Source of the DNA: Eledone cirrhosa
Taxonomy: Eukaryota
Length of the DNA: 64,000 nucleotides
NCBI GenBank assembly: GCA_964016885.1
Contig: OZ024745.1
Location: forward strand, 5,394,001-5,458,000
Direction of reading: 5' to 3'
Under the pieces are notes generated by a model. It did not search any database, was not told the DNA's origin, and saw only the letters and a program-made list of their open reading frames with translations. A program made the position numbers and the translations under genes. Positions 55,638-64,000 of this stretch are shown here, one piece after another (the stretch's first letter is position 1; each line of letters starts with the position of its first letter).

Positions 55638-56086
55638 TGAAAGACGTAAAATAAGAACATTTTAAAATTAACTTACTTACTAAAATTTTCACTCCAACTA
55701 ATTAGTTTCTGTAAGGGAATAAATATAGTTACGCAATGCAACTATAGAGAAATCCTTACGTCATCAGGGAGTCTATTCTCAGCTAAGTTCGCAGGCAATG
55801 CGCGGACACTAGGAACGCATATAAAAATAATAATTCAGTGGATGGAAAAAAGCGAGCGGGTACTAGATTCCAGGGCACAAGAAAAAAATTCACTGCCTAC
55901 TTGGTCAGTGGCAAATTCTAAAGAATCAATCACGTGACACTGAGGTTAATCAGTGAGAAGTGGAGTGGTAATAAGACAAGAGCCTAACTACTACCATGAA
56001 CCATAGTAGTAATTTCGGCAAGTTTTGCTCAACAAATAATTTGGTATACATCTGTATACATATGTTGGTAGATATACTAATTCTCT

Positions 56087-56088
<2 letters not shown>
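55638..56088 (-). mobile_element. Non-coding HHR element family C, diverged second locus with short inverted end
   Basis: Collinear with 35468-35876; about 56045-56088 is inverted and ends at the same TACTAATTCTCTATAT as 36353. Confidence 0.8.
55691..55772 (-). ncRNA. Type I hammerhead ribozyme (intact, covarying stem II)
   Basis: Minus strand: ACUCC-CUGAUGA-C-GUAAGG..CCUUAC-A-GAAA-CUAAUUAG-UU-GGAGU. Confidence 0.87.
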
Positions 56089-56173
<85 letters not shown>

Positions 56174-56265
56174 TATATGTGTATATATATATATATACAT
56201 ATATATATATGTATATATATATATACATATATATACATATATATGTATATATATACATATATATG

Positions 56266-56318
<53 letters not shown>

Positions 56319-56448
56319 GTATATATATACATATATATATATGTATGTATATATATACATATATATATATGTATATATATACATATATATATATATGTAT
56401 GTATATATATACATATATATATATGTATATATATACATATATATATAT

Positions 56449-58238
56449 ATAAACGTTTGAATATGTGTAATAAAGCCAAAACAATGCAGGTATGGACATA
56501 GAAAAAAGAATGCAATTGTAAAAGATATTGTTGACAATTCATCCTTTACCTTAGATTTATTTAAATGTCCTTAATTTTCGAGATAATATCTCTTCTTCAG
56601 AGGGAAATAAAGGTCTCAAACCAGCGTTCTAAATATCTTGCCAAGCCATGCTGACAGGAAATAGTATAGAGTATCTGTTCTATCTCTAATGTCAAAGAGT
56701 TAAAATTAGGTGGATAAAAAGTAGTCTCCCTTTAAAAGGGGTTTGTTTAGGGTTTTTTATTTTTTATTTTATATACATGCCTGTATAAGTGTGTGGGAGA
56801 ATGCATGAAGGTGTAAGTATGTGAGTGTGTGTGTGTGAGTGTGAGAAGATAAGTCTATTCGTAAATGTGGAGGATAGGTGTTATCTGGTGTAGAACTGGT
56901 TTTGTGTGTGTATGTGTGAGAGAGAATAAGTGGAGGTGTAAGCGTGTGTGTGTGTGGGGTGTGTAAATATGGGGCTAGAAGCCCTATCAGGTTATAAATT
57001 GGGTGTTGAGTTCTAGTCTATTATTGATTGGTGGTTGTGTTTTATCTATAATTAGTGCTTCCTTAATTCTAAGATTGCCGAGGTTTCTTTCCTTAGTTTC
57101 TATCCTAACTGTTATGGTTTTGTCGGTGTTTTTGCATTTAACTAGGTGTTTCTTAAATGAGGAAGCGTTAGTATTGAGGTGTTCTTTTATTCTTATGTGG
57201 AGTGGTCTGGTGGTGCTACCTACGTAGAAGTTGTTGCATTTGTCACACTCTAGTCTGTATACGACGTAAGCCTGGTGGCATAGGTCTGTGTCGTTGATGA
57301 GGCAGTTGGCTAGTCTGCAGCAGTTGTCATGTCTGGTGGAGTGTCTCTTGGCCAGCCGTCCGTGCAGAGAAGGACCCGAGTGGGCCAGTTGGATATCCAG
57401 TCCCTCTCGTCTGATGGCTCTGCGGATGGCTGTTGTTGTTTCTTCACTGAAGTGTGGGAGCTTCAGGAAGCAATTGTTAGTGTCTCGGGTGTGGTGTCCT
57501 CTGTTCTTTCTGGCACGGTTTGTGGTGGACGTCGTGCATCTGTTCAGTCCGAGCACCTCCAGGAAACGTGTGGCGTGTGTGTCTCGGTCTCCAGCGTCGG
57601 TGCATTTGTTCCGGATACGTGCCAGTTCGTTCCTTATGTATCCGAACTTGGCACCGAGTGGGAGGGCCGATCTGAAATGTACGAACAGGTCCCTGCTGGC
57701 GGCTTTTTTATAGAAGCAGGTGTGGATGTTGCCTTCCTCTGTTACCCTGAGTTGGAAGTCCAGTAGGGATAGGGATCCGCGGTCATCGGGGTGTTCCATG
57801 CTGAACTTTATACTGGCGTCCATGCTGGAGAATGTTGTGTATATTTTATCTGCCTCCTCACGGGATGATGTAAGTATGAGTATGTCATCTACATATCGGG
57901 TGAAGAAGGCATGGGAATGGCAGAGTTGAGGGCTCGGCATTCTAGCTGGTGCATGTAGGTGTGGCCAGCAGGCCCGATAGGTTGGATCCCATGGGTAATC
58001 CTGTTGTCTGTCTGTATGTGTGGTGGTGGAAGGTGAAGTACGTGTTGTCTACTGTGAAGGACAAAAGCTGATGTATGTCCGTCGGGTGGAGGCCGTAGCA
58101 GTGGATGTCCTCTGCGACCACGCAGTCCGTCAATAAATCGTCAACGAATTGTCAACAATATCTTTTACAATTGCATTCTTTTTTCTATGTCCATACCTGC
58201 ATTGTTTTGGCTTTATTACACATATTCAAACGTTTATA
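56449..58238 (-). mobile_element. 5'-truncated Penelope-like element with inverted terminal copy of its 3' end
   Basis: GLPMGSNLSG, FTRYVDD, LSLLDF, VVYRLEC..C..FYVGSTTR.L..RIKEH (GIY-YIG); about 58147-58237 is the reverse complement of 56449-56540. Confidence 0.9.
56569..56603 (-). ncRNA. Minimal hammerhead ribozyme in PLE 3' end
   Basis: Minus strand: CCU-CUGAAGA-A-GAGAU-AUU-AUCUC-GAAA-AU-UA-AGG; palindromic stem III AAUU. Confidence 0.78.
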
Positions 58239-58265
58239 CCTCATTACACAATGCTTCAAGTGAAC

Positions 58266-61200
58266 TGTGCCAGTAGTGGTGGTGGTGGTGTCTGTACTGC
58301 CAGTAGTGGTGGTGGTGTCTGTACTGCCAGTAGTGGTGGTGGTGTCTGTACTGCCAGTAGTGGTGGTGGTGGTGTCTGTACTGCCAGTAGTGGTGGTGGT
58401 GGTGTCTGTACTGCCAGTAGTGGTGGTGGTGGTGTCTGTACTGCCAGTAGTGGTGGTGGTGGTGTCTGTACTGTCACTAGTGGTGGTGGTGGAGTCTGTA
58501 CTGACAGTAGTAGTGGTGGTGGAGTCTGTACTGTCAGTAGTGGTGGTGGTGGTGTCTGTACTGTCAGTAGTGGTGGTGGTGTCTGTACTGTCAGTAGTAG
58601 TGGTGGTGGTGTCTGTACTGTCAGTAGTAGTAGTGGTGGTGTCTGTACTGCCAGTAGTGGTGGTGGTGTCTGTACTGCCAGTAGTGGTGGTGGTGTCTGT
58701 ACTGTCAGTAGTAGTGGTGGTGGTGTCTGTACTGCCAGTAGTGGTGGTGGTGTCTGTACTGCCAGTAGTGGTGGTGGTGTCTGTACTGCCAGTAGTGGTG
58801 GTGGTGTCTGTACTGCCAGTAGTGGTGGTGGTGGAGTCTGTACTGCCAGTAGTGGTGGTGGTGGTGTCTGTACTGCCAGTAGTGGTGGTGGTGTCTGTAC
58901 TGCCAGTAGTAGTGGTGGTGGTGTCTGTACTGCCAGTAGTGGTGGTGGTGTCTGTACTGCCAGTAGTGGTGGTGGTGGTGGTGTCTGTACTGCCAGTAGT
59001 GGTGGTGGTGGAGTCTGTACTGCCAGTAGTAGTGGTGGTGGTGTCTGTACTGCCAGTAGTGGTGGTGGTGTCTGTACTGCCAGTAGTGGTGGTGGTGGTG
59101 TCTGTACAGCCAGTAGTAGTGGTGGTGGTGTCTGTACTGTCACTAGTGGTGGTGGTGGTGTCTGTACTGCCAGTAGTGGTGGTGGTGGTGTCTGTACAGC
59201 CAGTAGTAGTGGTGGTGGTGTCTGTACTGTCACTAGTGGTGGTGGTGTCTGTACTGTCACTAGTGGTGGTGGTGTCTGTACTGCCAGTAGTGGTGGTGGA
59301 GTCTGTACTGAGAGTAGTGGTGGTGGTGGTGTCTGTACTGTCAGTAGTGGTGGTGGTGGTGTCTGTACTGCCAGTAGTGGTGGTGGTGTCTGTACTGCCA
59401 GTGGTGGTGGTGGTGGTGTCTGTACTGCCAGTAGTAGTGGTGGTGGTGTCTGTACTGTCACTAGTGGTGGTGGAGTCTGTACTGCCAGTAGTGGTGGTGG
59501 TGTCTGTACTGCCAGTAGTGGTGATGGTGGTGTCTGTACTGTCAGTAGTGGTGGTGGTGTCTGTACTGCCAGTAGTGGTGGTGGTGGTGTCTGTACTGCC
59601 AGTAGTGGTGGTGGTGGTGTCTGTACTGCCAGTAGTGGTGGTGGTGGTGGTGTCTGTACTGTCAGTAGTGGTGGTGGTGGTGTCTGTACTGCCAGTAGTG
59701 GTGGTGGTGGTGGTGTCTGTACTGCCAGTAGTGGTGGTGGTGTCTGTACTGCCAGTAGTGGTGGTGGTGGTGTCTGTACTGCCAGTAGTGGTGGTGGTGG
59801 TGTCTGTACTGCCAGTAGTGGTGGTGGTGGTGGTGTCTGTACTGTCAGTAGTGGTGGTGGTGGTATCTGTACTGTCAGTAGTGGTGGTGGTGTCTGTACT
59901 GCCAGTAGTGGTGGTGGTGGAGTCTGTACTGCCAGTAGTGGTGGTGGTGGTGTCTGTACTGTCAGTAGTGGTGGTGGTGGTATCTGTACTGTCAGTAGTG
60001 GTGGTGGTGTCTGTACTGCCAGTAGTGGTGGTGGTGGTGTCTGTACTGCCAGTAGTGGTGGTGGTGGTGTCTGTACTGTCAGTAGTGGTGGTGGTGGTAT
60101 CTGTACTGTCAGTAGTGGTGGTGGTGTCTGTACTGCCAGTAGTGGTGGTGGTGGTGTCTGTACTGTCAGTAGTGGTGGTGGTGTCTGTACTGTCAGTAGT
60201 GGTGGTGGTGTCTGTACTGCCAGTAGTGGTGGTGGTGGTGTCTGTACTGCCAGTGGTGGTGGTGGTGGTGTCTGTACTGCCAGTAGTAGTGGTGGTGGTG
60301 TCTGTACTGCCAGTAGTGGTGGTGGTGTCTGTACTGCCAGTGGTGGTGGTGGTGGAGTCTGTACTGACAGTAGTAGTGGTGGTGGTGTCTGTACTGCCAG
60401 TAGTGGTGGTGGTGTCTGTACTGCCAGTAGTAGTGGTGGTGGTGTCTGTACTGTCAGTAGTGGTGGTGGTGTCTGTACTGCCAGTAGTGGTGGTGGTGGT
60501 GTCTGTACTGCCAGTGGTGGTGGTGGTGTCTGTACTGCCAGTAGTGGTGGTGGTGGTGTCTGTACTGCCAGTAGTGGTGGTGGTGGTGTCTGTACTGCCA
60601 GTAGTAGTGGTGGTGGTGTCTGTACTGCCAGTAGTGGTGGTGGTGTCTGTACTGCCAGTGGTGGTGGTGGTGGTGTCTGTACTGCCAGTAGTAGTGGTGG
60701 AGGTGTCTGTACTGCCAGTAGTGGTGGTGGTGTCTGTACTGCCAGTAGTAGTGGTGGTGGTGTCTGTACTGCCAGTAGTGGTGGTGGTGTCTGTACTGCC
60801 AGTAGTAGTGGTGGTGGTGTCTGTACTGTCAGTAGTGGTGGTGGTGTCTGTACAGCCAGTAGTAGTGGTGGTGGTGTCTGTACTGCCAGTGGTGGTGGTG
60901 GTGGTGTCTGTACTGTCAGTAGTGGTGGTGGTGGTGTCTGTACTGTCAGTAGTGGTGGTGGTGTCTGTACAGCCAGTAGTAGTGGTGGTGGTGTCTGTAC
61001 TGCCAGTGGTGGTGGTGGTGGTGTCTGTACTGCCAGTAGTGGTGGTGGTGGTGTCTGTACTGCCAGTAGTGGTGGTGGTGTCTGTACTGCCAGTAGTGGT
61101 GGTGGTGGTGTCTGTACTGTCAGTAGTGGTGGTGGTGGTGTCTGTACTGTCAGTAGTGGTGATGGTGGTGTCTGTACTGCCAGTAGTAGTGGTGGTGGTG

Positions 61201-64000
61201 TCTGTACTGTCAGTAGTGGTGGTGGTGTCTGTACTGTCAGTAGTGGTGGTGGTGGTGTCTGTACTGCCAGTAGTGGTGGTGGTGTCTGTACTGCCAGTAG
61301 TAGTGGTGGTGGTGTCTGTACTGACAGTGGTGGTGGTGGTGGTGTCTGTACTGTCAGTAGTGGTGGTGGTGTCTGTACTGCCAGTAGTAGTGGTGGTGGT
61401 GTCTGTACTGCCAGTAGTAGTGGTGGTGGTGTCTGTACTGCCAGTAGTGGTGGTGGTGTCTGTACTGCCAGTAGTGGTGGTGGTGGTGTCTGTACTGCCA
61501 GTAGTGGTGGTGGTGTCTGTACTGTCAGTAGTAGTGGTGGTGGTGTCTGTACTGTCAGTAGTAGTGGTGGTGTCTGTACTGTCAGTAGTGGTGGTGGTGG
61601 TGTCTGTACTGTCAGTAGTGGTGGTGGTGGTGTCTGTACTGTCAGTAGTGGTGGTGGTGTCTGTACTGCCAGTAGTAGTGGTGGTGGTGTCTGTACTGTC
61701 AGTAGTGGTGGTGGTGTCTGTACTGTCAGTAGTAGTGGTGGTGGTGTCTGTACTGTCAGTAGTAGTGGTGGTGGTGTCTGTACTGCCAGTAGTGGTGGTG
61801 GTGTCTGTACTGTCAGTAGTAGTGGTGGTGGTGTCTGTACTGTCAGTAGTGGTGGTGGTGGTGTCTGTACTGCCAGTAGTGGTGGTGGTGTCTGTACTGC
61901 CAGTAGTAGTGGTGGTGTCTGTACTGTCAGTAGTGGTGGTGGTGGTGTCTGTACTGTCAGTAGTGGTGGTGGTGGTGTCTGTACTGTCAGTAGTGGTGGT
62001 GGTGTCTGTACTGTCAGTAGTAGTGGTGGTGGTGTCTGTACTGCCAGTAGTGGTGGTGGTGTCTGTACTGCCAGTGGTAGTGGTGGTGGTGTCTGTACTG
62101 TCAGTAGTGGTGGTGGTGGTGTCTGTACTGTCAGTAGTGGTGGTGGTGGTGTCTGTACTGTCAGTAGTGGTGGTGGTGGTGTCTGTACTGTCAGTAGTGG
62201 TGGTGGTGGTGTCTGTACTGTCAGTAGTGGTGGTGGTGTCTGTACTGCCAGTAGTAGTGGTGGTGGTGTCTGTACTGTCAGTAGTGGTGGTGGTGGTGTC
62301 TGTACTGTCAGTAGTGGTGGTGGTGTCTGTACAGCCAGTAGTAGTGGTGGTGGTGTCTGTACTGTCAGTAGTGGTGGTGGTGGTGTCTGTACTGCCAGTA
62401 GTGGTGGTGGTGGTGTCTGTACTGCCAGTAGTGGTGGTGGTGGTGTCTGTACTGTCAGTAGTAGTGGTGGTGGTGTCTGTACTGTCAGTAGTGGTGGTGG
62501 TGGTGTCTGTACTGTCAGTAGTAGTGGTGGTGGTGTCTGTACTGTCAGTAGTGGTGGTGGTGGTGTCTGTGCTGTCAGTAGTGGTGGTGGTGTCTGTACT
62601 GTCAGTAGTAGTGGTGGTGGTGTCTGTACTGCCAGTAGTGGTGGTGGTGGTGTCTGTACTGTCAGTAGTGGTGGTGGTGGTGTCTGTACTGTCAGTAGTA
62701 GTGGTGGTGGTGTCTGTACTGTCAGTAGTGGTGGTGGTGTCTGTACTGCCAGTAGTAGTGGTGGTGGTGTCTGTACTGCCAGTAGTGGTGGTGGTGGTGT
62801 CTGTACTGCCAGTAGTGGTGGTGGTGTCTGTACTGTCAGTAGTGGTGGTGGTGTCTGTACTGCCAGTAGTAGTGGTGGTGGTGTCTGTACTGCCAGTAGT
62901 GGTGGTGGTGGTGTCTGTACTGTCAGTAGTGGTGGTGGTGGTGTCTGTACTGCCAGTAGTGGTGGTGGTGGTGTCTGTACTGCCAGTAGTGGTGGTGGTG
63001 GTGTCTGTACTGCCAGTAGTGGTGGTGGTGGTGTCTGTACTGACAGTAGTGGTGGTGGTGGTGTCTGTACTGTCAGTAGTAGTGGTGGTGGTGTCTGTAC
63101 TGTCAGTAGTGGTGGTGGTGGTGTCTGTACTGTCAGTAGTGGTGATGGTGGTGTCTGTACTGTCAGTAGTAGTGGTGGTGGTGTCTGTACTGCCAGTAGT
63201 GGTGGTGGTGGTGTCTGTACTGCCAGTAGTGGTGATGGTGGTGTCTGTACTGCCAGTAGTAGTGGTGGTGGTGTCTGTACTGCCAGTAGTGGTGGTGGTG
63301 GTGTCTGTACTGCCAGTAGTAGTGGTGGTGTCTGTACTGCCAGTAGTGGTGGTGGTGGTGTCTGTACTGCCAGTAGTGGTGGTGGTGGTGTCTGTACTGC
63401 CAGTAGTAGTGGTGGTGTCTGTACTGCCAGTAGTGGTGGTGGTGTCTGTACTGCCAGTAGTGGTGGTGGTGGTGTCTGTACTGCCAGTAGTGGTGGTGGT
63501 GGTGTCTGTACTGCCAGTAGTGGTGGTGGAGTCTGTACTGCCAGTAGTGGTGGTGGTGTCTGTACTGCCAGTAGTGGTGGTGGTGTCTGTACTGCCAGTA
63601 GTGGTGGTGGTGTCTGTACTGCCAGTAGTGGTGATGGTGGTGTCTGTACTGTCAGTAGTGGTGATGGTGGTGTCTGTACTGTCAGTAGTAGTGGTGGTGG
63701 TGTCTGTACTGCCAGTAGTGGTGGTGGTGTCTGTACTGCCAGTAGTGGTGGTGGTGTCTGTACTGTCAGTAGTGGTGATGGTGGTGTCTGTACTGTCAGT
63801 AGTGGTGATGGTGGTGTCTGTACTGTCAGTAGTAGTGGTGGTGGTGTCTGTACTGCCAGTAGTGGTGGTGGTGGTGTCTGTACTGCCAGTAGTGGTGATG
63901 GTGGTGTCTGTACTGCCAGTAGTAGTGGTGGTGTCTGTACTGCCAGTAGTGGTGGTGGTGTCTGTACTGCCAGTAGTGGTGGTGGTGGTGTCTGTACTGC
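58266..64000. repeat. Minisatellite GTCTGTACTG(C/T)CAGTAGT(GGT)n, mostly 27-33 bp units, over 5.7 kb, runs off the window
   Basis: Directly visible; unit length varies in 3 nt steps. Confidence 0.97.

Noticed and set aside
58256-59461. 401 aa proline-rich extensin-like ORF
   Set aside because: Follows from a stop-free repeat unit with triplet slippage; several frames are equally open, with no ATG or unique sequence.

Overview
AT-rich animal genomic DNA; the repeat landscape suggests an octopus or other coleoid cephalopod (inference, not shown by the sequence). Four short + strand exons (11224-22858) splice in frame into a coiled-coil peptide resembling the C-terminal region of CEP112, so nearly the whole window is probably intronic. 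The introns hold long (TA)n/(TATG)n tracts filled with RTE and CR1-type LINE fragments, five Penelope-like (PLE, RT + GIY-YIG) families, a Helitron, a mariner relic, SINEs and satellites. Most ORFs in the track are microsatellite artefacts. The main unannotated signal is RNA-based: reading by eye gives 13 type I hammerhead ribozyme (HHR) motifs. Five sit in the 3' ends of coding PLEs and two in solo PLE-like ends. Six sit in three families of non-coding, terminally redundant or circularly permuted elements of about 420-630 nt that look like retrozymes copied from circular or multimeric RNA. One retrozyme copy carries a strand-specific A-to-G cluster (11 of 16 differences from its sister copy) that destroys the ribozyme core, consistent with ADAR editing written into the genome by reverse transcription. 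A U3-A8 covariant hammerhead and a candidate HDV-like ribozyme are also noted. All structures and alignments were done by eye and none is experimentally verified.
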